Source: Chiloscyllium plagiosum
Taxonomy: Eukaryota
Reading direction: 5' to 3'
Assembly: GCF_004010195.1 (NCBI RefSeq)
Contig: NC_057719.1
Location: 40,200,323-40,237,534 of the forward strand
DNA: 37,212 nt
Part shown: piece after piece, positions 12,291 to 23,600 of the stretch
How the letters are laid out: the number at the start of each line of letters is the position of its first letter
Position numbering within the stretch: position 1 is the first letter of the stretch
Position numbers and translations under genes: made by a program
Notes under the pieces: generated by a model
Told to the model about the DNA's origin: nothing
Databases searched by the model: none
What the model saw: only the letters and a program-made list of their open reading frames with translations

Positions 12291-13227
12291 CTTTAAATTT
12301 TACGCTGGTTAATTCAGTTATTAGCTAGTGTAACTGACCTGAGCATCACAACTGATCCTCAAAATCCTTACTTAACCTAACCTCCAATCTAATTTACTGC
12401 TCACCCCACCATTCTGCAATCTGACCCAACTGCCCACTCATCCTGACCATCCACCTGATTATACACCAAACAAGACTTGACATGCCACCCAACCTAAGTA
12501 TTCAGCTGATTGCCTACCGACCCCACTAAGCCCTGGACCTGACTGTCCAATTGACCTGACTTTCCATGTCACTGACATGACTACCTTGTCAACTTACTCA
12601 TCTACCCACTGACTCACTCATTCACTTACTAACCCAAAATGATTCACTAAAATACTTGTGATCTGAATATGACAGCTAGTGCTGTTAAATGGTACATCTC
12701 TCTCCCTTTATCTCTCCTGTGCTTGATAGACTATCCTGGATTGCCTATACTGACCCCTTTCTTCTTCAGCTGGTATCATAGGTCCTGCCTGAAAAATGGG
12801 CAGTACCACTGGGATGCAGAAAACTTCATGAGCAGTGGCAATCTGTAAATAACTCATGGCCCAGATCTTACTGACAGCACCTAGCACTGCATCTGAAAAT
12901 AAAGAAATCTGCAAACAGCCCCAATGGAAGGGACCAAAAGACAAGCTTTCTCATCTAAAAACTTTTACAACAACAGTCAAATCCAAAATCAACTCAAAGT
13001 AAGCATGAATGAACAGACCAATGGTGTTTCAACAATTGTAGTAAATATCACTTTAAATAGTCAATATGTCAAAGACTATTCTTACAAATTTCTCAGGATC
13101 AATCCTACTACATATCATGAGTAACCTTAAAGTTTTTTTAAACTTTACTGCTGTATGTAGGATCTTTCACAGTACTTGGCCTTCAAGTCTCTTTTACTGA
13201 TATCTTGACCTATTTTTTCCCCTAATC

Positions 13228-13333
13228 AATCTGTTCAGAGATGTTATTACATACCTCTGGATTGGAAGTGACTTGAACCCAGACCATTGGGTTCAGGGAC
13301 GGGGAAACTACCAGTGCACTACAAGGGGACCCC
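13228..13333 (-). mobile_element. Short tRNA-headed SINE-like repeat
   Basis: Minus strand ccccttgtagtgcactggtagt...ctgaaccc...ctgggttcaagtc contains a B-box-like GGTTCAAGTC. Confidence 0.5.
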
Positions 13334-14022
13334 CTATACTGATAGCTTTACTCCATCCAAGATCACAAGCTATGATTAACATCAATAAGGGACACCACAG
13401 CATACCCTTTTTTTCTTGATTATGGCAGTCTTAACGGTGTAGCTTTTCAGGGCTACTTTTCAACTCATCAGCTTACCTCTGGTGAAAATTACAAGGGCTG
13501 TAGGTGCTCCGCTGGATGGGCCAAATTTATTAGTGAACCCTAGTTGCCCTTGAGAAGGCAGTGGTGAACCGCCTTCTTGAGCTGCGACAGTCCTTTTGAT
13601 GTAGGTACACCGACAATGCTGTTAGTGAGGGAATTCCAGGTCTTGATGCAATGATACTCAGGGAAAGCTGAGATATTTTCAAGTCAGGATGATGAGTGAT
13701 TTGGAGGGGAACCTGAAATTAGTGGTGTTCCCATGTATCTTCTCCTCTTGTCCTAGATGGTGGTAGTTGCTGATTTGGAAGATGCTGTCTAAGGAACCTT
13801 AGTGAATTTCTGCAGTGTATCTTATAGATAGTCCACACTGCTACTATGGAGCATTGGCTATGGGGGGAACGGATGTTCATGGATGTGATGCCAATCAAGT
13901 AAGCTGCTTTGTCCTGGATGAGCTCAAGCTTCTTGAATGTTGCTGGAGCTGTACTAATCTGGCCAAGTAGGGAGTATTTCAGCACACACCAGTCTTGTGT
14001 CTTATAGTTGTGGTGATTTTGG

Positions 14023-14074
14023 GAGTCATAGAGTCATAGACATGTACAGCATGGAAACAGACCCTTTGGTCCAA
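14023..14074 (-). mobile_element. Severely 5'-truncated CR1 (3' tail only)
   Basis: Reverse complement matches the CR1 3' end at about 17594-17640 (ttggacc.aagggtctgtttccatgctgta...tgactc). Confidence 0.8.
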
Positions 14075-14294
14075 AGGTGAGTTCTGTATCAAAGTCCCCA
14101 ACCTTGTATTTATATGCTAATCATGTTCAGTTTCTGTACAATTGTAAACCCCAGGATCTTGATAGTAGTGGATTCAGCGTTCAGTGAAAGCTAAGAGATT
14201 ATGTTAGATTCTCTCTTATTGGAAATTGTAATTACCTGGCATTTGTGTGGTACAGATGTCATTTGTCATGTGTCAGCCTAAGCCTAGATATTGT

Positions 14295-14507
14295 TCAGAG
14301 CTGAAAATGTGTTGCTGGAAAAGCGCAGCAGGTCAGGCAGCATCCAAGGAACAGGAGAATCGACATTTCGGGCATAAGCCCTTCTTCAGGCCCTTATGCC
14401 CGAAACGTCGATTCTCCTGTTCCCTGGATGCTGCCTGACCTGCTGCGCTTTTCCAGCAACACATTTTCAGCTCTGATCTCCAGCATCTGCAGTCCTCACT
14501 TTCTCCT
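14295..14507. mobile_element. Penelope-like terminal-repeat foldback insertion with 15-bp TSD
   Basis: 84-bp inverted arms (14295-14378 / 14393-14476, 2 mismatches). Direct repeat CTAGATATTGTTCAG at 14284-14298 and 14508-14522. Confidence 0.85.
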
Positions 14508-14653
14508 CTAGATATTGTTCAGGTCTTGCTACATTTTGACGTGGACCTCAGAAGTTGAGAATGATGTCAAACATTGTGCAATAATTAGTAAAAAAAAGTT
14601 GTCCTGTGGCTTTATGATGGTAGGATGGCCTCATGATAAACTGAACTGTATAA

Positions 14654-14769
14654 ACACATGGATGGTAATGGAATAGTGTAGGTTAGATGGGCTTCAGATT
14701 GGTTTCATAGGTCGGCGCAACATTGAGGGCCAAAGGGCCTATGCTGCGCCTGTAATGTTCTATGTTCTA
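14654..14769 (+). mobile_element. CR1-type 3' end fragment
   Basis: cacatggat...ggtcggcgcaacattgagggccaaagggcct...tgtaatgttctatgttcta, with a short tandem-repeat tail. Confidence 0.7.
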
Positions 14770-15372
14770 ATAACCAAGTTTGCAAGTTAAATGTCAGTCA
14801 TCATCTAACTGGTGCATTCTCCATGGCATTGCCTCTACCAATCAGAGTCTACGTACTAACTAATCAGGACTCTCTTCTCATACAGTATCTGTTGTTTTCA
14901 CTTTTATATCTGTATTCTTCCAAATTGTCCTATTAAGTGCCAGATAAAAAGCATCAGTGTAATTTTTCAGCAGATTCTGTGCTACGGTTTAGCATGTCTA
15001 AATTACTTACACCAAGTTTTAGTGCCCATTAATTTAACTCACGCATTTCTTCACAAAGAGCTACAGGAATTTTCCTGCTTAAGAAAAAACTTGATTCTTT
15101 TCATGGCGAGCTCTGCTTGCTTATTCTAAATGCTACAAGTTCTGAGTTCAGATGCCTTGATTCTGACCCAGATTAGAAGTTTTGGACTATGGTTTCATGG
15201 TGATGAAGAAGCACACCAAATCTCATTGACAATGAAATTAGGTAGGATTTTCAGATATATTTCTTGATAAGGAAGATATGTTGCATGTGTGAGATAAAAC
15301 AAAGATTAATTAATGACTTGTTTGTTGGCATTGAGTAGGTTAAAATTGTAAGGTTTTTTATTCTGTTCACAG

Positions 15373-15484
15373 TTTATCAAAGACAAATAAAAGGATTGTA
15401 TATACTGTGTTGGAGCATTTGCCTCAGCTGGACTCTTGTAACATGACCACAGAGAATTGGTCTAAAATTGTGAATGATATAGAG
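15373..15484 (+). CDS. ASPG: ASPG-like coding exon 3 (112 bp)
   Basis: ttctgttcacAG acceptor; encodes LSKTNKRIVYTVLEHLPQLDSCNMTTENWSKIVNDIE; donor GTGAGT at 15485; phases 2/0. Confidence 0.95.
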
Positions 15485-16096
15485 GTGAGTTGAGACTTGG
15501 GTCAAGCATCTAACTTTAGAGGATTTTAAAGATCAATTAAAAAGCCTACGCAAGCAAAATGATAAAGGCCTGAAATCCCTCGTGTGAGGGAGAGTATTTC
15601 GGACAGATTTCTTGCCATTGGATGTGAATTTTGGGCCTGAATTTTATTTCTGCCCTAGTTGAATTTTTCTCTCTGAAAGCCTTAATGACTGAAGGACGGG
15701 ATCTCTCAATTTTGCAATTACTCTTTCATTGCATCAGTAGTTTTTGGCAATGGTGGTGGAGAGTGTTGCTAAACTAACCTGGGAGTTCTATTGTTACTTG
15801 CTAGTTTTGGTTCTGGTGGATCCCATAAGTAGTAATGGGGCCATGATTTCTGTATTAGGCTTTCCATCAAAGGTAACCCATCGCAGAGCAATCAATAATC
15901 TTTAGGTTGGTAGGAAGTTACCAATTTTAGGCACCTTTGTTTTTATCAATTAGAATAAAGCTGCTGAGCCACAAAATCATTAAAGATTCCAAAACTCATA
16001 TTTATCTTTGTACTCTGAACATTCGATTCCACCTTTGCTTACGATAATTATTTTGAAGTTAATGATCCAGTATCAATAGGAGCAAATAAGACCAAG

Positions 16097-17640
16097 CTTA
16101 GAACTCGGTGGGATGATAGGGAAGTAATTGCTGGGCCTCTTACTGAAATATTTGTATCATCAATACTCACAGATGAGGTGCCAGAAAACTGGAGGTTGGC
16201 TAACATGGTGCCACTGTTTAAGAAAGGTGGTAAGGACAAGCCAGGGAACTATAGACCAGTGAGCCTGATGTCGGTGGTGGGCAACTTGTTGGAGGGAAAC
16301 CTGGGGTACAGGAAGTACATGTATTTGGAAAGGCAAGGACTGATTAGGGATAGTCAACATGGCTATGTGCGTGGGAAATCATGTCATACAAACTTGACTG
16401 AGTTATTTGAAGAAGTAACAAAGAGGATTGATGAGGGCAGAGCGGTAGATGTGACCTATATGGAGTTCAGTAAGGCATTCGATAAGGTTCCCCATGGGAG
16501 ACTGGTTAGCAAGGTTAGATCTCAGAATACAGGGAAAACTAGCCATTTGGATACAGAACTGGCTCAAAGGTAGAAAACAGAGGGTGGTGGTGGAAGGTTG
16601 ATTTTCAGGCAGGAGACCTATGACCAATGGAGTGCCACACCAAGGATTGGTGCTAGGTCCACTACTTTTCATCATTTATATAAATGATTTGGATGTGAGC
16701 ATAAGAGGTACAGTTAGTAAGTTTGCAGATGACACCAAAATTGGAGGTATAGTGGACAGCGAAGAGGGTTACCTCAGATTATAACGGGATCTTGATCAGA
16801 TGGGCCAATGGGCTGAGAAGTGGCAGATGGAGTTGAATTCAGATAAATGTGAGGTGCTGCATTTTGGGAAAGCAAATCTTAGCAGGACTTATACACTTAA
16901 TGTTAAGGTCCTAGGGAGCGCTGCTGAACAAAGAGACCTTGGAATGCAGGTTCATAGCTCCTTGAAAGTGGAATCGCAGGTAGATAGGATAGTGAAGAAG
17001 GCTTTTGGTATGCTTTCCTTTATTGGTCAGAGTATTGAGTACAGAAGTTGGGAGGTCATGTTGCGGCTGTACAGGACATTGGTTGCGTCACTGTTGAATA
17101 TTGCATGCAATTCTGGTCTCCTTCTTATCGGAAAGATGTCGTGAAACTCCAAAGGACTCAGAAAAGATTTGCAAGGATGTTGCCAGGGTTGGATGATTTG
17201 AGCTATCTGGAGAGTTTGAACAGGTCAGGGCTGTTTTCTCTGGAGCGTCGGAGGCTGAGGAATGACCTTATAGAGGTTTACAAAATCATTAGGGACATTG
17301 ATAGGGTAAATTATCAAAGTATTTTCCCTGGGGTGGCGGAGTCCAGCACTAGAGAGCATAAGTTTAGGGTGAGAGGGGAAAGATATAAAAGAGACCTAAG
17401 GGGCAACTTTTTCACGCAGAGGATGGTATATGTATGGAATGAGCTGCCAGAGGATGTGGTGGAGGATAGCACAATTGCAACATTTAAAAGGCACTTGGAT
17501 GGGTATATGAGTAGGAAAGGTTTGGAGGGATATGGGCCAGGTGCTGGCAGGTGGGACTAGATTGGGTTGGGATATCTGATCCGCATGAATGGGTTGGACC
17601 GAAGGGTCTGTTTCCATGCTGTATATCTCTTTGACTCTAT
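16097..17640 (+). mobile_element. Relatively young 5'-truncated CR1 LINE (RT domain and 3'UTR)
   Basis: ORFs 16178-16573 (PGNYRPVSL, SKAFDKVPH), FADDTK near 16722, 16800-17144 and 17048-17560. Few frameshifts or stops; tail tgactctat. Confidence 0.95.
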
Positions 17641-17744
17641 AAGCAGCTTTTCTGAAATGTACATAGTGTACTGAGATCTTGTCCACAGGACCAATTTCAG
17701 TGAGATTTTATGTCTGGAGTCTATTGCATCATTTCTTTTTTTGG

Positions 17745-18393
17745 ATACCCATCCAAATGCCTCTTAAATGTTGCAATTGTACCAGCCTCCACCACATCCT
17801 CTGGCAGCTCATTCCATACACATACCACCCTCTGCATGAAAAGGTTGCCCCTTAGGTCTCTTTTATATCTTTCCCCTCTCTCACCCTAAACTATGCCCTC
17901 TAGTTCTGGACTCCCCGACCCCAGGGAAAAGATTTTGCCTATTTACCCTATCCGTGCCCCTCATAATTTTGTAAACCTCTATAAGGTCACCCCTCAGCCT
18001 CCGACGCTCCGGGGAAAACAGCCCTAGCCTGTTCAACCTCGCCCTATAGCTCAAATCTTCTAACCCTGGCAACATCCTTGTAAATCTTTTCTGAACCCTT
18101 TCAGGTTTTACAACATCTTTCCGATAGGAAGGAGACCAGAATTGCACACAATATTCCAACAGTGGCCTAACCAATGTCCTTTACAGCCGCAACATGACTT
18201 CCCAACTCCTGTACTCAATACTCTGACCAATAAAGGAAAACATACCAAACACCTTCTTCACTATCCTATCTACCTGCGGCTCCACTTTCAAGGAACTATG
18301 AACCTGCACTCCAAGGTCTCTTTGTTCAGCAACACTCTCCAGGACCTTACCATTAAGTGTACAAGTCCTGCTAAGATTTGCTTTCCCAAAATG
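17745..18393 (-). mobile_element. CR1 internal fragment, same subfamily as 16097-17640, inverted
   Basis: ORFs 18181-18420 and 17881-18174 (VRPLLEYCVQFWSP..RRLRGDLIEVYK) closely parallel the + copy. Confidence 0.95.
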
Positions 18394-18524
18394 TTTAATT
18401 ACTTTAGTTGCAGTGATCACATTTTAGTACTATATTGGCTACATAATGCTTTCTATTGAAGATACAAAGAACAGCACAGGAAGCCTGAGCTACACATGTG
18501 CCTTTCTAAACTAACGGTTTTTTG

Positions 18525-20696
18525 TCTCTATGCAGTCCACTTATTGCCTGTCTATTCATGTATCTGTCAAAATGCCTCTTAAATGTTGTTATTGTATCTG
18601 CTTCCACCACCTTCTCTGGCAATGCATTCCAGGCATTTAACACCCTATGTGTAAAAAACCTTATCTTTCACACCTCCTTTAACTTTCCCCCTTTTACTGT
18701 AAACCCACCTCCCCTAGCAATTGACATTTTTACCCTGGGAAAAAGACTCCAACTATGTGTTCTATTCATGCCTCTCAAAATTTTGTTAACCTCTATCTGG
18801 TTGTAGCCCACCCCATCAACTCCCTCCAGCACCCAAAGTTCAAGTAAAAATAAACCAAGTTTGTCCAATCTCTCCTTATAACTAATACCCTCAAAATCAG
18901 GCAACATCCTGGTAAACTATTTCTGTGTCCTTTTCAAAGCCTCCACATCCTTCTGGTGGTGTGGCAACCAAACTGTAAGCAATATTCCAAATGTAGTCTA
19001 ACTAAAGTTCTTTACAGCTGCAACGTGACTTGCTAAGTTTTATACTCAATGCCCCAACTGATGAAGGCAAGCATATCATATGCCTTCTTGACTACCTTAT
19101 CCACTTGTATTGCCACTTTTGGGGAACTGTGGACCTATACATCTGGATCTGTCTGTATGTTAATGCTTCTATCTATTCTGCCATTTACTGTATACTTCCC
19201 TCCTGCAGGAGACCTTCCAAAAACATCACCTTGCATTTGTCTGGATTAATTCTATCAGCCATTTCTCCACCCAAGTCTCCATCCTGTCTATATCCTGCTA
19301 TATCCTCTGGCAATCGTCCTCACTATCTGCGTTCCTCCAACCTTTGTGTCATCTGTAAACCTACTAATAAGATCACCCACATTCCCTCCAAATCAGTTGT
19401 ATATATTACAAACAGCGGTCCCAGTACTGGTGTCTGCACAACACCAGTGGTCATAGATCTCCAGTCAGAAAAATACTCTTTCACTGCTACTCTTTGTCTT
19501 GTATGACTAAGCCAGTTTGTATCCTACTTACCAGTTCACTGCAGATCCCATGTGATGTCGCCTTCTGTATTAGCCTATTGTAATGGACCTTGTTAAAGGT
19601 CTTGCTAAAATCCACATAGTCAATATCTATTATCCTGCCCGAATCAACCAACTTTATCACTTCCTCAAAAAACTCAATGAAGTTTGTAGGTCAGGAATTC
19701 ACCTGCAATAAGCCATGCTGCCTGTCGCTAATAAGTTTATATTTTTCAAATGTGAATAAAACCTGTCTCTAAGAATCTTATCCAATAATTCCCATATCAT
19801 TGATGTATGGCTCATTGGCCTGTAATTTCCCAGATTACCTCTATTGCCCATCTTAAACAAAGAAAAAACATTGGCTATTCTCCAGACCGCTGGAACATCA
19901 CCTGTGACTAAAGAGGATACAAAAATTTTGTAGAAGGCCTAAACAATTTCCTGCTTCGCCTTTCTCATCAGTCTGGGATAAATCCCATCAGCTCTTGTAC
20001 ACTTGTCTACCTTAATGCTTTTCAAAACACCCACAGCTCCTCCTTTTTGATATTGACATGATGTGGAATATGAACATTTTCCTCTGTAGACTCACCACCC
20101 ACCATGTCCATCTCCTTTGTGAATACCGATGCAAAGTATTTGTTCAGGACCTCACTCATTTCCTAGATTAGAGTGGTGCTGGAAAAGCACAGCAGTTCAG
20201 GCAGCATCCGAGGAGCAGGAAAATCGACGTTTCGGGCAAAAGCCCTTCATTTTAACCCTACTGCGAATAGGAGGAAAACTTCTTCAAGGCAGGCACGAGG
20301 ATTCACAGTAGGGTTAAAATAAACTAGGTAAAAACGACTGCAGATGCTGGAAACCTGCCTTGAAGAAGTTTTCCTCCTGTCTCTACAAGAATCTCAGGGA
20401 GTTCCTACTCTATGCTACTTTCTCCCCACCCCCACCCTCCTCTCATTTATCTCTCACTCTGCAGGCACCCTGCCTCTTTTCCCGATGAAGGGCTTTTGTC
20501 CGAAACGTCGATTTTCCTGCTCCTCGGATGCTGCCTGAACTGCTGTGCTTTTCCAGCACCATTCTAATCTAGAATCTGGTTTCCAGCATCTGCAGTCCTT
20601 GTTTTTACTCACTCATTTCCTGCAGCTCCACACACAAATTTCCTCCTTCATCCTTGAATGGCTCAACCCTTCCTTATCTACCCTCCTGCTTCTTAT
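18525..20696 (-). mobile_element. CR1 LINE ORF2 remnant, interrupted by a Penelope-derived insertion
   Basis: ORF 18668-18907 (ERLDKLGLFLLE) and degenerate RT motifs continuing to about 20.7 kb on either side of the insert. Confidence 0.85.
20163..20607. mobile_element. Complex Penelope-like terminal-repeat insertion with 14-bp TSD
   Basis: 88-bp inverted arms (20163-20250 / 20485-20572). Direct repeat CTCACTCATTTCCT at 20151-20164 and 20608-20621. Confidence 0.85.
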
Positions 20697-23600
20697 AGGC
20701 AAGGCTAGGAAGGAGGACCTGTTTGGGGATTATCAAGCACCAGGAAGGAAATTGAAGAAGAGGTCCTCAAAGGGTCATAATCCCTGGATTACTGCCTGCG
20801 CCACGTGCTAATTGGCATAGGGATAAGAAAATGAGGAAAGTAAACATGTGGCTAAGAGATTGGTGTGGGAAAGAGGGGTTCCATTTCCTGGGACATTGGC
20901 ATTTGTTTTGGAACCGGAACCAATCTGGAACCAGTGTTTTTAGATTAGATTACATTACAGTGTGGAAACAGGCCCTTCGGCCCAACAAGTCCACACCGAC
21001 CCGCCGAAGCGAAACCCACCCATACCCCTACATTTACCCATTACCTAACACTACGGGCAATTTAGCATGGCCAATTCACCTGACCCTGCACATCTTTGGA
21101 CTGTGGGAGGAAACCGGAGCACCCGGAGGAAACCCACGCAGACACGGGGAGAACGTGCAAACTCCACACAGTCAGTCGCCTGAGGCGGGAAGTGAACCCG
21201 GGTCTCAGGCGCTGTGAGGCAGCAGTGCTAACCACTGTGCCACCGTGCCGCCCACGGTGAAAAGGATAAATAGGATGGTCACTAGTACTTTAAACTTGTG
21301 AGTTTAAAGTCAAGTAGAAAGATAAGCAGCAGGTTAGCATGTGTGCAGGGTTTAGGTTCGAGGCAGACTAGGAATGAAGCAAAAAGGAATGATAACTTAG
21401 GACATATTAGTAGTGATGTTGGAAATCATGAGAATAAGAAAATTAGCATTAAGGCGATTTATCTAAATGCTTGTAGTATTCATAACAAAGCAGATGAATT
21501 AATGGCACAAATCATCGTGAATGATTATGATGTGGTAGGCATCACAGAGATGTGGTTGCAGGGGGTTCAGGACTGGCATTTAAGCATCCAAGGATTTACA
21601 ACATATCGAAAAGACAGGGCGATGGGCAGAGGGGGCGGGGTTGTTTTATTAGTTAAGAATGAGATTAAATCTATGGCACTGAATGACATAGGGTCAGATG
21701 ATGTGGAGTCTGTGTGGGTGGATTTACAGAATCACAAAGGCAAAAAAACCATAATGGGAGTTATGTACAGACCTCCCAGCAGTGGTCAGGACCAGGGGCG
21801 CAAGATAAACCAGGAAATAGATAGGGCATGTCAGAAAGGCAAGGTCATGGGGGACTTCAATATACAGGTGGACTGGGTGAATAATGTTGCCGGTAGATCC
21901 AAAGAGAGGGAATTCGTGGAATTCTTACAGGTTGGCTATTTGGAACAGCTTGTGATGGAGCCCACAAGGGAGCAGGCTATTCTGGACTTAGTTCTGTGTA
22001 ATCAGCCAGACTTTATAAAAGATCTTAAAGTAAGGAAACATTTAAGAGGCAGTGAACATAATATGCTAGAGTTCAGTCTGCAGTTTGAAAGAGAGAAGGC
22101 AAAATCGGATGTAATGGTGTTACAGTTAAATAAAGGTAATTACAAGGGCATGAAAGAGAAAGTAACGAAAGTTGACTGGAAGCAGAGCCTCGTGGGGAAG
22201 ACAGTAGAGCAACAATGGCAGGAGTTTCTGGGTGTAGTAGAGGACACAGAACAAGGTTCATCCCAAATAAAAGAAAGATTATCTGGGGAGGGGTTAGACA
22301 GCCAGGGCTGACAAAGGAAGTCAGGAAATGTACCAAAGAAAAAGAGAGAGCCTATAAAGTGGCCAAGAGCACTGAGAAATCAGAAGATTGGGAAGACTAC
22401 AAAAACAAACAGAAGATAACAAAGAGAGAATTAAGGAAGGATCAAATATGAAGGTAAGCTAGCCAGTGATAATTACAAATGAAACAAAGTTTCTTTCAAT
22501 ACATAAGAAACAAACGAGAGGCAAAAGTAGAAATTGGGCCGCTCCAAATGGATGCTGGAAGGCTAGTGATGGGAGATAAGGAAATAGCTATAGAATTTAA
22601 CAAGTACTTTGTCTCGGTCTTCACAGTGGAAGACATGAGTAATCTCCCAACAATTAAGGAGAGTCAAGGGGCAGAGTTGAGTGTGGTAGCCATTACAAAA
22701 GAGAACGTGCTAGAAAAGCTAAAAGGTCAAAAGAATTGATAAATATCCTGGTCCACCTCTGAGGAAATAACAGAGGCACTGACTGTGATCTTTCAAAAAT
22801 CACTGGAGTCAGGGAAAGTCTCAGATGATTGGAAAATCGCTGTTGTAACCCCCTTGTTCAAGCAAGGATCAATTATATGCCAATTAGCCTAACCTCAGTT
22901 GTAGGTAAAATTCTAGAATCCATCGTTCCGGATGAAATTTCTAAATTCTTGGAAGTGTAGGGTCGGATTAGAACAAGTTAGCATGGATTTAGTAAGGGGA
23001 GGTCGTGTCTAAAAAACCTGCAAAGAAAAAGAGAGAGCCTATAAAGTGGCCAAGAGCACTGGGAAATCAGAAGATTGGGAAGATTACAAAAACAAACAAA
23101 GGATAGCAAAGAAAGAAATAAGGAAGGAGAGAATATGAAGGTAAGATAGCCAGTAATATTAGAAATGATATTAAAGGTTTCTTTCAATACATAAGAAACA
23201 AACGAGAGGCAAAAGTACAAATTGGGCCACTCCAAATTGATGTAGGAAGGTTAGTGCTGGGAGATAATGAAATAGATGAATAACTTAATAAGTACTTTGT
23301 ATCAGTCTTCACAGTGGAAGACATGAATAATATCCTAACAATTAAGGAGAGTCAGGGGCAGAGTATGGTAGCCATTACAAAAGAGAAAGTGCCAGAAAAG
23401 CTAAAAGATCTAAAAATCGATAAATCTCCTGGCCCTGATGGGCTACATCCTAGAGTTCTGAGAGAGGTGGCTGAGGAAATAGCGGAGGCGCTGACTGTGA
23501 TCTTTCAAAAATCACTGGAGTCAGGGAAAGTCCCAGGTGATTGGAAAATCGCTGCAGTAACCCCCTTGTTCAAGAAAGGATCAAGACAAGAGATGGAAAA

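Larger units (their letters stand above)
13520..14630 (-). mobile_element. Second LINE family (CR1/Jockey group), RT C-terminus and 3' end, interrupted by later insertions
   Basis: ORF 13719-13985 (KYSLLG..TAPATFKKLELIQDKAAYLIG...IYKIHC...LRQHLPN) and downstream ctcaagaaggcggttcaccactgccttctcaagggcaactag. Confidence 0.75.

Noticed and set aside
12330..12650. C/A-rich region with recurring ctgacc/cctaac words as a CRISPR-like or tandem array
   Set aside because: There is no fixed repeat unit or spacing, and the context is eukaryotic.
14780..14975. Possible second Penelope terminal-repeat type with a decayed hammerhead (gtcctattaagtgccagataaaaagc)
   Set aside because: The core nucleotides do not match CUGANGA/GAAA; the resemblance is from memory only.
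7251..21253. tRNA genes at A/B-box-containing stretches
   Set aside because: They are SINE heads followed by the SINE body, not complete cloverleafs.
21298..22311. 337-aa ORF as a host endonuclease gene
   Set aside because: It is the CR1 ORF2 AP-endonuclease domain within a frameshifted LINE.
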